From a bacterium (lineage in GTDB: Bacteria > Patescibacteriota > Gracilibacteria > UM-FILTER-43-11), in contig JAUHWS010000002.1 of NCBI GenBank assembly GCA_030427295.1, positions 1-55,094 of the forward strand: a stretch of DNA of 55,094 nt, given 5' to 3'. The translations under genes and the position numbers were made by a program. Positions 35,117 to 45,489 of the stretch are shown here, one piece after another; the first letter of the stretch is position 1, and each line of letters starts with the position of its first letter. Under the pieces are notes generated by a model. That model was not told the origin of the DNA, ran no database searches, and worked only from the letters and a program-made list of their open reading frames with translations.

Positions 35117-36139
35117 TCATTGATTTAATTTCAATTTTACCTCCTTTAAGAATCCAATGGACTGCATGATTTTTTGATGAGGCAGCTCAGCGCTATCCAT
35201 TTGAAAAGTGACTCGCGAAAGTCCACCCAAGGCCTTGCTGTGTTTTTTTATTTTTTTGGCCACATCTTCAGGGCTGCCCACCAAAAGAGCTCCTCGGGGT
35301 TCAGCAGCCGATTCGAAATCTTCTCGACGAACAGGGGGCCATCCACGCTCCTTCCCAATTTGAGTGAAGGTTTTAGCATAACCCGGGAAAAATTCATCTT
35401 TGGCATTCTGAGTTTCTTTGGCAATGTAACCGAGGGAGTGCATTCCGACTTTCATTTGATCTTCGGGGTGCCCAGCTTTTTTCCAGGCCTCTCGATAAAG
35501 CTCAACTAAGGGGGTAAAACGCTCGGTTTCCCCTCCAATGATAGCGACCATTAAAGGCAGCCCCAACATTCCGGCCCGCACAAAGGATTCAGGACTGCCC
35601 CCCACTCCAATCCAAATGGGCAAAAGATTTTGAAGCGGTCTTGGGTAAATAGACTGATCTTTGAGTGGTGGTCTAAATCGACCTGACCACGTGACCGTCT
35701 CTTTTTCTCGGATTTTTAAAAGTAGATCGATTTTTTCTTCAAACAGATCGTCGTAGTCCTTAAAGTCAAATCCAAATAAAGGGAATGATTCCGTGAATGA
35801 CCCGCGACCCACGACTAGTTCGGCTCGCCCTTTTGAAATCAAATCCAAAGCAGCAAATTGTTGAAAAATTCTGACGGGGTCGGCGGCACTTAACACCGTG
35901 ACTGCGCTGGTCAAACGGATATTTTTGGTCCGAGCAGCTGCCGCTCCCAAAATCACCTCAGGAGCGGAATCGAGGTATTCTTTGCGATGATGCTCGCCAA
36001 TTCCAAAGGTATCTAATCCTAATTGATCGGCATGCTCAATTTTCTCCAAAAGCTCAGCCATGGCCTTAGCATTATCTTTTGGGGTGACTTTGTAGTGGGT
36101 TAGCCCCGCCGAAGCGAAGCTATCAATTCCAATTTCCAT
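35117..36139 (-). CDS. LLM-class (luciferase-like) flavin-dependent oxidoreductase
   Basis: MEIGIDSF...GIGEHH...typical LLM N-terminus. The start is taken at ATG 36139 to avoid overlapping the SulP gene. Confidence 0.85.
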   Translation of the reverse strand: MEIGIDSFASAGLTHYKVTPKDNAKAMAELLEKIEHADQLGLDTFGIGEHHRKEYLDSAPEVILGAAAARTKNIRLTSAVTVLSAADPVRIFQQFAALDLISKGRAELVVGRGSFTESFPLFGFDFKDYDDLFEEKIDLLLKIREKETVTWSGRFRPPLKDQSIYPRPLQNLLPIWIGVGGSPESFVRAGMLGLPLMVAIIGGETERFTPLVELYREAWKKAGHPEDQMKVGMHSLGYIAKETQNAKDEFFPGYAKTFTQIGKERGWPPVRREDFESAAEPRGALLVGSPEDVAKKIKKHSKALGGLSRVTFQMDSAELPHQKIMQSIGFLKEVKLKLNQ

Positions 36140-36164
36140 TTTTTTTGTTTTATAGATGATTTGA

Positions 36165-37415
36165 TTATACCTCATCGATCAAACCTTCTGACTCTTCAGA
36201 TTTGAGGTCTGGAATGTGCCATTTTTTGGGCAGGATTCCATTCCAGAAAACAAAAACGAGCGTGAAGGTGATCACCGCTAAATTGAGACTTAAAAAAACG
36301 GTGGAAAGGATGGTGCCTAAGGCCACTAAAATACGGATTAACTTTTGTGGCTTACCTGACTTCATCAAGGCTTTGATGGAAGTGAGATCGGCTACGTCTA
36401 AGGCAATTTTTAAAATAACCCCTCCAAAAACGGCCTGAGGAATATACTGCAGAAGTCCAGCAAAAACGAAGGTGAATAAAATGCAAAACCCAGCTAGAAT
36501 TATTTTAGAAAGACGGTGATGTCCCTTTTCTTGATAGAGCATTATCGAGGGCACGGTTGACTGGGCCCCTGGAATCCCTCCAAATAAACTCACTCCAAAC
36601 AGAGACAAGCTCTGCCCCGAAAGCTCGCGAAACATTTGAGTTTTTCGTCGGCTTTTTCGATCCATGATCACAGCGGTCAGCAATGTGTCTAACAAGCCAA
36701 TTAAAGCCAGCTCTAAGGCTAAAGGAAGGAGGGTGCCCAACATATCGACATTTAGCGCAGACCATTGGGGCCATCCAAAACTAAGGAGGCTCGACGTAGA
36801 TTCTAGGTCAATGTATGTGACGGGGGCCTGCAAAATGAAAGACCCTAGACTGACTAATAAAATGACCGCCAGCGAATCACTAAGAAGCCGCCAGACTTGA
36901 TGTTCAAAATTTTTGTTCAAATAATGGACACCTATTATGACCAAAAAAGTGATCCCCATCAAAATTCCATCAGCTGTACTGCCTATGTTTTTGAACTGGG
37001 TTAAAATGATCAACAGGGCAATTCCATTCACAAATCCAGATACAACTAGATTGGGAACCCACTTAACCAACTTGTGAACCCGAAATAAGGTCAGCAAAAA
37101 TAAGATGATTGCTGCGAGTACCAGCGTTAGGTTCATCAGTTCAATGGCACTGAGATTGGAGGTTTGCTCTTCAAGCCATCCTTGATTGAGCAGCAACACC
37201 GATCCGATGGCCGCCGTCATGGGCCCCGTAGGGGAACTTACACCGTAGCGTGATCCTCCAACCAAAGCCGTGATCACCGCGATCACGCAGGTTGAAATCA
37301 TGCCAATGAGGGCTCCACGGCCTGACAGCACCCCAAAAGCAGCCCCCAAAGTGATCACCACCATACTCACTGTTAACGGGGCAAGCAGGTTGAAATGAGG
37401 CTTTGAGCGTGACAT
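36165..37415 (-). CDS. SulP-family anion permease (no STAS domain visible)
   Basis: 416 aa polytopic protein. GVSSPTGPMTAAIG and GGIPGAQSTVPS motifs are typical of SulP/MFS-type sulfate permeases. Confidence 0.8.
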   Translation of the reverse strand: MSRSKPHFNLLAPLTVSMVVITLGAAFGVLSGRGALIGMISTCVIAVITALVGGSRYGVSSPTGPMTAAIGSVLLLNQGWLEEQTSNLSAIELMNLTLVLAAIILFLLTLFRVHKLVKWVPNLVVSGFVNGIALLIILTQFKNIGSTADGILMGITFLVIIGVHYLNKNFEHQVWRLLSDSLAVILLVSLGSFILQAPVTYIDLESTSSLLSFGWPQWSALNVDMLGTLLPLALELALIGLLDTLLTAVIMDRKSRRKTQMFRELSGQSLSLFGVSLFGGIPGAQSTVPSIMLYQEKGHHRLSKIILAGFCILFTFVFAGLLQYIPQAVFGGVILKIALDVADLTSIKALMKSGKPQKLIRILVALGTILSTVFLSLNLAVITFTLVFVFWNGILPKKWHIPDLKSEESEGLIDEV

Positions 37416-37544
37416 GGGCTATTTTTAAATTCGCCCACCATTCTATTTTTTATTCGATTTGAACTCAAGTCGAAATCCTTGCTTTTTTGTAACAAATTAT
37501 ACTAAAATATGTTATAAATATTCTGTCAATAATTTTATTCTTTA

Positions 37545-39308
37545 GTGCGCTCCACCACCAAACAAACACTTCGGTTTTATTGGAAACACCTGAAGGCCTA
37601 TAAATGGCTGTTTTTTGGCATGATTGTGACCGCTGTGATCGCGGTAGGTTTCAATTTGACGGTCCCCTACTTTCTCAAGTTGTTTGTGGATCATTTGAGC
37701 ATGGGGGTTCAAACTGAAGGAGTTGCGGAGTCGTTGATGGGTTTTATCGGCATGATTTTGCTCATGGAGGCAGGTCAATGGGTGTTTTGGCGACTCAATA
37801 ATTTTATGGCGGATTACACTCAGCCACGGATGGCGGCCAATATTGTCAACGAATCCTTCGAATATTTACAAAAACACTCCTACAATTTTTTCAACAATGA
37901 ATTTGTCGGATCCCTGGTAAAAAAAGTCAATCGTTTGTCACACTCCTTTCTGGGCCTTACTAGCAAGCTTTATTGGGATGTCACTCCACTTTTTACCCGC
38001 ATGATCGTGATTTTTGTAATTTTGATGTGGCTCCATCCCCTGATTGGAGTCGCCATGTTGGTGTGGACAGCGCTATATATTACTTTGAGCTACCTGTTCT
38101 CGGTTTACAAACTTAAATTTGACTTAAAACGAGCGGAGCAAGATTCTAAAATGTCTGGTGCTTTGGCGGATTCGATCACTAACAACATCAATGTAAAACT
38201 TTTCTCAGCTTTGCCTTTTGAAATGAGGCGCCTGAAAAAAGTGACGGATGAGTGGCGGAGGCGGGCTCAAAAATCGTGGATGTTAGGAACGATTGTTGAA
38301 TCGATTCAAGGCGTCTTGATGATTGGTTTTGACATTGCCATTCTTTATTTCTCCGTTCGCCTTTGGCAAGAGGAGGTTTTGACTGTGGGTGACATTGTTT
38401 GGATTCAAGCTTATTTATTGGATCTATTTCGAAAATTGTGGGACTTTGGCAAGATGGTTCGGGTGGCCTACGAGGAGCTGGCGAATGCTGAGGAGATGAT
38501 TGTCATTCTCAATCGTGGTCATGAGGTGAAAGATTTAAAGAAGGCGCCATCCATTTCCGTGGCTCGTGGGAAGGTTGAATTCAAAAAGGTTCAGTTCTCA
38601 TATAGCCAGGATCGACCCATCATTCAGTCGCTGGATTTAACCATCAAACCGAGTGAAAAAGTGGCTCTCATTGGTCCTTCTGGGGGAGGAAAAAGTACGA
38701 TCACCAAACTTTTGATGCGTTTTTATGACATTCAAAAAGGTCAGATTTTAGTGGATGACCAGGATATCTCAAGCGTCACTCAAGCCTCGCTTCGAGGCAG
38801 CATTGGCTTTGTTCCTCAGGATCCCATTTTATTTCACCGCAGCTTGATGGACAACATTCGATATGGCCGACGGGAGGCCACGAATCAGGAGGTGATCGCC
38901 GCTGCGAAGCTGGCTAACTGTCATGAGTTCATCATGAATTTTGAGGGCAATTATGACACGTTTGTGGGTGAGCGCGGGGTAAAATTGTCTGGCGGTGAAA
39001 AGCAGCGAGTGGCCATCGCCAGAGCCATTTTGGCCAATGCTCCCATTTTGGTTTTAGATGAAGCGACTAGTGCGTTGGACTCAGAGACCGAGCTTTTGAT
39101 TCAAGAGGCCTTGGAAAATTTGATGAAACAGAAGACGACCATTGTTATTGCTCACCGGCTCTCGACCATCATGAAAATGGATCGGATTCTCGTGGTCCAA
39201 GATGGACAACTTGTCGAACAAGGCACTCATGCGGAACTGCTAAATAAAGAAATCGGACTCTACAAAAAACTGTGGAATTTGCAGGTGGGGGGGTATGTGG
39301 GTAGTTAA
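37545..39308 (+). CDS. ABC exporter, fused permease/ATPase (MsbA-like type)
   Basis: GTG start, six TM helices. Walker A GPSGGGKST, signature LSGGEKQRVAIARA, Walker B ILVLDEATSALD. Confidence 0.93.
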   Translation: MRSTTKQTLRFYWKHLKAYKWLFFGMIVTAVIAVGFNLTVPYFLKLFVDHLSMGVQTEGVAESLMGFIGMILLMEAGQWVFWRLNNFMADYTQPRMAANIVNESFEYLQKHSYNFFNNEFVGSLVKKVNRLSHSFLGLTSKLYWDVTPLFTRMIVIFVILMWLHPLIGVAMLVWTALYITLSYLFSVYKLKFDLKRAEQDSKMSGALADSITNNINVKLFSALPFEMRRLKKVTDEWRRRAQKSWMLGTIVESIQGVLMIGFDIAILYFSVRLWQEEVLTVGDIVWIQAYLLDLFRKLWDFGKMVRVAYEELANAEEMIVILNRGHEVKDLKKAPSISVARGKVEFKKVQFSYSQDRPIIQSLDLTIKPSEKVALIGPSGGGKSTITKLLMRFYDIQKGQILVDDQDISSVTQASLRGSIGFVPQDPILFHRSLMDNIRYGRREATNQEVIAAAKLANCHEFIMNFEGNYDTFVGERGVKLSGGEKQRVAIARAILANAPILVLDEATSALDSETELLIQEALENLMKQKTTIVIAHRLSTIMKMDRILVVQDGQLVEQGTHAELLNKEIGLYKKLWNLQVGGYVGS

Positions 39309-39921
39309 AAAGATATGCCGCGGCGAACTCTGACTATTTTGAGGGATAAATCTCATCATCAAAAACTGCCAAAGAATCAGGCTGACAGAGGCAGAGTCCA
39401 TTGTGCGTCTGCTTGGTGATCCTTATGGCGATACAAAGCTTTCCAGGGCCATCCGCAATATTTTTATATTTGTCTCAACGTCTTATAATCTGCTCTTGGC
39501 CTGCAAGGGGTTTTCTACTCCGAATGAGGTTGGCTTTTCAAAAAAATGTTCGACTCAGTCGCCTGATGTCTAAAAAATACTTGAGATTTATTTAAAAAGA
39601 TAGTACCTTATCTGAGCTCACTGAGTATTTTTAGAGTTGATTTGAAGGGAGGGTGAATGAGAGACTGAAATAGCTGGACGGTGAAAAAAAGAGTGAGTCA
39701 AAAACGGAGACCCCGCAAAATGCAAGGTGGGGGCGAACGCAGTGAGAAGAGAAGGGTATTTTGTGGGGAAGAGGAGGCGTTTATGTAGGCTGGAGCAGGT
39801 GCCGAGCGAGGCACATGCGTAAGCCGGAATAAAATGACGACGTGTCACCCCCGATTTTCATCGGGGCAGGCGCTGCTCAGTTGGTTAAATAAAGAAGTGC
39901 AGTTATTCTAAATACCGATGT

Positions 39922-39998
39922 GTCACCATAGCTCAGTTGGTTAGAGCGCAGGACTCATAAGCCTGAGGTCCCTGGTTCAATTCCAGGTGGTGACACCA
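39922..39998 (+). tRNA. tRNA with CAT anticodon (elongator Met or lysidine-modified Ile2), CCA encoded
   Basis: Manual cloverleaf: acceptor GTCACCA/TGGTGAC, D arm GCTC-AGTTGGTTA-GAGC, anticodon loop CTCATAA, T arm CCTGG-TTCAATT-CCAGG, discriminator A plus CCA. There is one A:G mismatch at the base of the anticodon stem. The G1:C72 pair argues against an initiator. Confidence 0.88.
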
Positions 39999-40138
39999 AT
40001 TAGCTTTATTTAAGCCAAAAATCAAGGGTCGACTCGCGTGCCAAGAGCCACAGGCCGTTTTGCTTCTCATTTTTATGGTTTTCTTTTCTCTCAATTTGAT
40101 GTGATGTATACTTAACCTGTACACCATTAAATAATGAA

Positions 40139-40696
40139 ATGCTTAAAAAAATAGCCCCATTGGTTTTTTCCGTTTTCATCTTGAATGCCTGCACTCAAAC
40201 GCCCAATAAAAATCTTGCCGCTGAGGAAACCACAATGATAAAAAACGAGAATGTAGGCCAACCCGCTGACCTAAACGAGCTTACTTATAGTGGATCCGCT
40301 CAGTTTATTTCTAAAGAAAACGCCATTCCTTGTGCTGATTCTGCCTATGATAATGCAGTTTGCATGGACGATTCCAATGGTATAATATCTTTGGTTTCGT
40401 ATTACATTCAAATTCCTTCTGCTGAAATGAGTGATGAGTTAATTAGTTATCTCAACGAGCAAAATGAAAGTATGGTTATCAAACTTGACCAAAGCTATGA
40501 CCTTAATATTGGCTGCAAAACTGATAGTCAAATACATGGTGATTTATATTCTTATGACAGCGACGTGATTGACACTGCTTTTAACACTGGGACCCCTCAT
40601 GTTATTGATTTCCAAATTGATCTTGATCAAAAGCCTAGACACGGGGACTATTCTTCCTGCCTTTCGCTCATTACTGAGTTCAACTTAATTCAATAA
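40139..40696 (+). CDS. Lipoprotein, unknown function
   Basis: Lipobox FILNAC. 185 aa. Confidence 0.65.
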   Translation: MLKKIAPLVFSVFILNACTQTPNKNLAAEETTMIKNENVGQPADLNELTYSGSAQFISKENAIPCADSAYDNAVCMDDSNGIISLVSYYIQIPSAEMSDELISYLNEQNESMVIKLDQSYDLNIGCKTDSQIHGDLYSYDSDVIDTAFNTGTPHVIDFQIDLDQKPRHGDYSSCLSLITEFNLIQ

Positions 40697-40790
40697 ATCC
40701 ATAGATTAATTAGGATTTTGCCTCAGTTTAATTTTATTAAAATAATTTGTAGGCAAGCTTGCTAATTTAGAGTTCGACCCTACATAATTT

Positions 40791-42011
40791 TTACCTCACT
40801 TCATCTGATAAATGTTCAGGACGGGGACCTATCCCAATGATATAGGCTGGCCATTTTTTGAGGAATGAAAACCGTTGGAAGGCTTTAAAAATCAATGGAA
40901 CTTGGGTATTTCCCTTTCCTTTGAGTATTTTTCCAATCAGTCGCTTTTGAAGAAAAAGTTGCAATCGCTGCATTAACTTCACTGGAAAATTTCGCCGCCT
41001 TTGGATTTTTTTTAAATCAGCAAGTGCCGGAACACCTTTTCTAAAGGCAGGCACGAGAACATTGGCGGCTGCCACGGCATCCTGAATCGCCACATTGATT
41101 CCAAGTCCTCCCACGGGCGACATGGCGTGGGCGGCATCCCCAATGCAAATCAAACCATCTTTTGACCAGTGCTTGAGTCGGTTTACTTCGACCACCAGTG
41201 ATTTGACTTGTTTCCAAGACTTAATTTCATCCACTCGGTCCCCTAAGAATGGAGCAGTTGCTTGAACATACTGGCGAAACGAACGAATCCCTTGAGCTTT
41301 GATTTTTTTAACCCGGCCTTTATTCACCACAAATCCAGCCTGCCAGTAGTCATCTCGTTGAATCATGACGAGAATTCGCCCTTTTTCGAGGCAACCAAAA
41401 CTCTGACTTGGATCGTTTGGCTTTCGCGAAATTCGGAACCATAAAACGTCCATAGGAGCGCCGTAATCTTTAACTTCCAAACCGGATTTTTTACGGATGA
41501 TTGAACTTCTCCCGTCTGCCCCCACGACGAGATCTGCCTGAATTTCTAGTGTTTCTTTTTTATGGGTAGCTCTCAGGCCAATCACTTTTCCCTTTTGCTT
41601 GATTAGACCAGTGGCTTGGGTCTCCATCCTTAAATCAAAATTGGGGTATTTTTTAGCCTGTTTAGCAATGAAATTTAGAAAATCCCACTGAGGCACAAAG
41701 GCAATGAAAGGATGTTTTATTTTGGTCTTCTTGAAATCGGCAAGAATTCTCATTTCACCATTCATCTGAAAGCCAATTTGATAGGTTTTTTCGTGAGGTA
41801 ATTTGAAAAAATCCTCTAGTAGATCCAACTCCTCCAATATATTCATGATTGAGGGGTGGATGGTATCCCCTCTAAAATCTCGGAAAAAGTCACCCCATTT
41901 TTCAAGGACGATCACCTTAATTCCCTTTCTTGCCAGAAGGTAACCTAACATCATTCCAGCAGGTCCCCCGCCAGCAATGCAGCATTGAGTTTTTATTCTT
42001 TTTTGAGTCAT
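40791..42011 (-). CDS. FAD-dependent monooxygenase (UbiH/aromatic hydroxylase class)
   Basis: GGGPAGMMLGYLLARKG dinucleotide-binding motif and the GDAAHAMSPVGGLGIN motif. Confidence 0.88.
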   Translation of the reverse strand: MTQKRIKTQCCIAGGGPAGMMLGYLLARKGIKVIVLEKWGDFFRDFRGDTIHPSIMNILEELDLLEDFFKLPHEKTYQIGFQMNGEMRILADFKKTKIKHPFIAFVPQWDFLNFIAKQAKKYPNFDLRMETQATGLIKQKGKVIGLRATHKKETLEIQADLVVGADGRSSIIRKKSGLEVKDYGAPMDVLWFRISRKPNDPSQSFGCLEKGRILVMIQRDDYWQAGFVVNKGRVKKIKAQGIRSFRQYVQATAPFLGDRVDEIKSWKQVKSLVVEVNRLKHWSKDGLICIGDAAHAMSPVGGLGINVAIQDAVAAANVLVPAFRKGVPALADLKKIQRRRNFPVKLMQRLQLFLQKRLIGKILKGKGNTQVPLIFKAFQRFSFLKKWPAYIIGIGPRPEHLSDEVR

Positions 42012-42016
42012 CTAAT

Positions 42017-42424
42017 TTATTTGAGTCCATCAATGATCACCTCAAACCCTCCAAAAGCCATTCGGTCCATGTCGAAGGGCATGGGCATATCTTCGTACTC
42101 AGTCATCTCTGGATCTACCATGACTTTTGCATTCACTCGATCTCGATGGGCTCGTGACTTGTAGGTCGCGTAAGCAAAAATGATGACTTCACTTCGTTTG
42201 GACTGAGTCATTTTTGGAAAAGTTAAGGTGACGTACTTGTTTGGCTTTTTATCTTCAAGGATGCATTCTTTGTAATCCAGGGCGCCATGTTTCACCCACA
42301 CTTTGGCAGCTATTTTTGCCATCTTTTTGTAATCGTCGAGCTTTTTTTGGGGCACCATGAGGACATATCCATCAACATAATTGGCCATGATTTTGGGGTT
42401 AGTTTTTATTTGATCACTACTCAT
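42017..42424 (-). CDS. DUF1428 family protein
   Basis: MANYVDGYVLMVP...HGALDYKEC matches the DUF1428 N-terminal pattern. Confidence 0.75.
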   Translation of the reverse strand: MSSDQIKTNPKIMANYVDGYVLMVPQKKLDDYKKMAKIAAKVWVKHGALDYKECILEDKKPNKYVTLTFPKMTQSKRSEVIIFAYATYKSRAHRDRVNAKVMVDPEMTEYEDMPMPFDMDRMAFGGFEVIIDGLK

Positions 42425-42478
42425 TTAATTGAGCAGTCTGTATATTACCCTAAAAATGAAATCCGTTGAATATCCTTT

Positions 42479-43324
42479 TTAATTGAACACCACTTCTGGA
42501 CCCCCATCGGAATTTAGAATGATGCGGGCATCGTGCTGACTCGAGATAACAAAATTAATGCTTTCTTCGTCGTATTCTGCTACCTCCATGGCGGGATTAA
42601 TGATTGAATCATCGTATTGATCACATTGAACCTCTTGCATTTCGGGTAATTCAAACACTTTTTCCCAAGGATTTGGAGAGATTCTTGTAATTTTTACCGC
42701 TTTTAAATCGACTTTAGGCAAATCATTTATGTCTATGACCTCACCTTCACATACCCCTTCAATAGCAAGGCTCACTTCAAATTCAGCCTGATTTTTCGGT
42801 TCAAAAGAAAATTGGTAAGCTCTACTGCTATCTTGCATGACTCTAAGTCTCTCATCACCTTGGCTATCATAAACAATATCAGTGAGCTCTGCAAAATCAA
42901 CACAAGGTGTTTGGGTATACCTCAAATTGATTCCCTCTTTGTCATTCAACTCCCAGTCAACCGTGCTACAGGCAACTAAAGGAAAAAATTCCACAAGCAC
43001 TCTTTCCTCTGTCTCATTGTCAAAACGCCACAATTCATAACCGGACGCGAAAAGCTCATCCCTTGGTGCGACCTTGAGCCCAACCCAAGTAATGCCCCCC
43101 TGGCTGGATTCTTTATCCACCTCATGCGTTTGTTCTAAAATGGACTCGAGACTTGATGCATCCCCCTCCCCCTCTTGATCTTCTTGTTCATCAAAAACCT
43201 CATCGGCTTCTTGGGTGACAGTAGGCACATCCATAGATTCAGGTTCTTCCAAAAAACCTTCATCGGGTTGCCCACAGCCGGCCAGTAAAATAACGGAGCT
43301 GATTAGAAGGAGTTGTTTTTTCAT
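42479..43324 (-). CDS. Lipoprotein, unknown function, acidic
   Basis: The start is taken at MKKQLLLISSVILLAGC (ATG 43324), which gives a lipobox. The tracked upstream extension is unlikely. Confidence 0.65.
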   Translation of the reverse strand: MKKQLLLISSVILLAGCGQPDEGFLEEPESMDVPTVTQEADEVFDEQEDQEGEGDASSLESILEQTHEVDKESSQGGITWVGLKVAPRDELFASGYELWRFDNETEERVLVEFFPLVACSTVDWELNDKEGINLRYTQTPCVDFAELTDIVYDSQGDERLRVMQDSSRAYQFSFEPKNQAEFEVSLAIEGVCEGEVIDINDLPKVDLKAVKITRISPNPWEKVFELPEMQEVQCDQYDDSIINPAMEVAEYDEESINFVISSQHDARIILNSDGGPEVVFN

Positions 43325-43482
43325 AAAAAAGAGTGTGTTAGGAGGTTGTTTTGATTTTAAGTTACAGAAATTACTCCTTAGCTTCAATGTTTTTAAATGA
43401 TTGAGTAGCCACCCCCCCACCACACTTGCCATTCTTTCTGCCTTTGCTATGATTGAGTAAACCTATTCATAAAATAAAATCC

Positions 43483-45378
43483 ATGAACATCATCACTTCT
43501 AGATTGACTTCAATTTTTGCAGGCCTATTTTTAGCCATAGTCCTTTTTTTCTCCAAACCGCTCTCGGCTGAGGCGAATTTTTCGGATGTGGACATCACCG
43601 ACCCGGCCAATGCTACCCTGGGTTATCTAGTCCATGAGGGTATCATTGAAGGGTTTCCAGATGGATCGTTTAGAGGCAACCAATTGATTGATCGGGCAGC
43701 GCTGATGAAGGTGATCGTATTGGGATCTGGGGCTGATCCGGATCCTAATCAATACAACAACTGCTTTTTGGATGTTCAAAATCAATGGTTTGCCCGCCAT
43801 GTGTGTTATGCCAAAGAAAAAGGCTGGGTGGAAGGCTATTTGGATGGCAACTTCCGACCCAGTCAGGAAGTGACCGATGTAGAAGCGGCTAAAATCATTT
43901 TGCTCCCCCTCTTGGAAAATCAAATCAATAATCAGGATCCGGAAAAAGTCAGCTCGGCTTTAAAACGATTGAGCGATGTGACGGGAAGTGAATGGTATGC
44001 CGATTATTTGACTTACATGTATTGGGCTAATTTAATCAGTGAACCGAACATGTCTGGGTCAGTGATCAAGGACTACCAGCCCAACAAAAAAGTAAATCGT
44101 GACTTTGTGACAGAACTACTGGCCCGAGCAATGGTCATTGAGCGTACAGGGGAAGCGTTTTACCATCCTTATTTTTTGGATGAGCTTCTCAAAGCCTCAG
44201 GAAAAAATGAATTGGTTTCAGTCGATGCGCCTTGTTATACCATGGACTCAGCCCCTTTGGATCAAAAAAGCTTTGATAGTCTCATGGCCAGCCGCTATGG
44301 AGATCAAGATTTTATTGAACTCGATGCGGGCCAAATGGTCAATCCTTTTACGATCACCACCTGTTTCTTGGGGAATGGAGATGCCTTATTGACCTACACT
44401 GGTTATGTTAGGGTAACCGATAAGTCTGATTGGAATAAGGGGTCAGGAACCTTGCTCAAAATTTTCCATGCCGATGGCTCAGACGCTGAACTTTGCCCCG
44501 ACAGCTTTGCCAGTTACGAATCGTTTGAATCTTTTGTGGGGCACGTTGACTTGAGTTCGCTTGACATGATTGACTGCCGGTATTTTAAAGATTTTAACGA
44601 TGTCTATTATCTTTCGGGTGAGACCTACATGCCTTTTTATGCCCTAGAAGGAGTGGATCAAGCGAGCTTCGCATCCTTGGGTATGAACACATTCAATAAA
44701 GCCCTTGGTCAAGACAGCACCACATTATATTACGGGGCGTATCCGGTTGAGAATTTTGATGTGAATACAATGGAATTCATTAATGAACGTTTTTTCAAGG
44801 ATAAAGACGCTGTTTACTTTATCGAAAGCATCATTAGTCAATTGAATATTGCTAGCTTTGAATCATCAGTTCTCAGTGAAGTAAATCCGGCTGCCTTTAC
44901 TGTTCTAACATTTGAAAATCTTGAAAGCTTTGATCCTCTGACTGAAAGATATCATCAAGGTTTATGGGGAAGGGCTGGTGATAAGTTATACATTGGTGAT
45001 GTTGAAGTGAGGATGGTGAATGTGGATAGTTTTGAGGTGATCAGCCACAACTATGCCAAGGATAAAGATGCCATTTATTCTCTTTTTGATAACCCCTTGG
45101 GAACTCTTGATGCTACCCCTGAACTGTGGACTCTGACTAATCAAGGAGCTGATGTGGATAGCTTTGTGGTATTAAACGAAAGCCTTTTTCCCAATAATTT
45201 CACGCTAGCGAAAGACAAAGACCATCTTTATTTGAATGGCATGGTCGTGGATCATGGGGAGTTGGATTTGTCTCAGGCTAAACTCCGCAATGGCAATGAG
45301 ATTTATGATGACAATGATTATAGCTGTAGTTATCTTCCTGAGCTGGATCCTGATAACTTGGTGTGTGGTTTTGGGTGA
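43483..45378 (+). CDS. Secreted protein with three SLH modules and C-terminal DKNYY-like repeats
   Basis: Signal peptide. SLH modules FSDVDITDPANATLGYLVHEGIIEGFPDGSF, FLDVQNQWFARHVCYAKEKGWVEGYLDGNFRP and LSDVTGSEWYADY. Recurrent KDKDAVYF / KDKDAIYS / KDKDHLYL motifs. Confidence 0.75.
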   Translation: MNIITSRLTSIFAGLFLAIVLFFSKPLSAEANFSDVDITDPANATLGYLVHEGIIEGFPDGSFRGNQLIDRAALMKVIVLGSGADPDPNQYNNCFLDVQNQWFARHVCYAKEKGWVEGYLDGNFRPSQEVTDVEAAKIILLPLLENQINNQDPEKVSSALKRLSDVTGSEWYADYLTYMYWANLISEPNMSGSVIKDYQPNKKVNRDFVTELLARAMVIERTGEAFYHPYFLDELLKASGKNELVSVDAPCYTMDSAPLDQKSFDSLMASRYGDQDFIELDAGQMVNPFTITTCFLGNGDALLTYTGYVRVTDKSDWNKGSGTLLKIFHADGSDAELCPDSFASYESFESFVGHVDLSSLDMIDCRYFKDFNDVYYLSGETYMPFYALEGVDQASFASLGMNTFNKALGQDSTTLYYGAYPVENFDVNTMEFINERFFKDKDAVYFIESIISQLNIASFESSVLSEVNPAAFTVLTFENLESFDPLTERYHQGLWGRAGDKLYIGDVEVRMVNVDSFEVISHNYAKDKDAIYSLFDNPLGTLDATPELWTLTNQGADVDSFVVLNESLFPNNFTLAKDKDHLYLNGMVVDHGELDLSQAKLRNGNEIYDDNDYSCSYLPELDPDNLVCGFG

Positions 45379-45489
45379 AATTAATTACGAATTGTTGTTT
45401 ATTTAAGGATTATGGATTACGTAGTACGCATTACGCGTTAACCGATCTTTTTTTCTTCGCATCTTGCACTTTTTACTTAGCACTTGAGA

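Noticed and set aside
39401-39848. Tracked ORFs 39401-39595 (+) and 39618-39848 (-), and the idea that the region encodes RNase P RNA, tmRNA or SRP RNA
   Set aside because: The ORFs are short and low-complexity. I found no GAGGAAAGTCC-type P4 sequence, no tmRNA tRNA-like 3' end and no SRP GGAA/AGCAG motif on either strand. A CCGGCTTAC string on the minus strand is the only resemblance to RNase P and is insufficient. A covariance-model scan is still needed.
43325-43432. N-terminal extension of the 42479 lipoprotein gene
   Set aside because: The internal Met at 43324 gives a canonical lipoprotein signal (MKKQLLLISSVILLAGC). The extension has no signal-like features.
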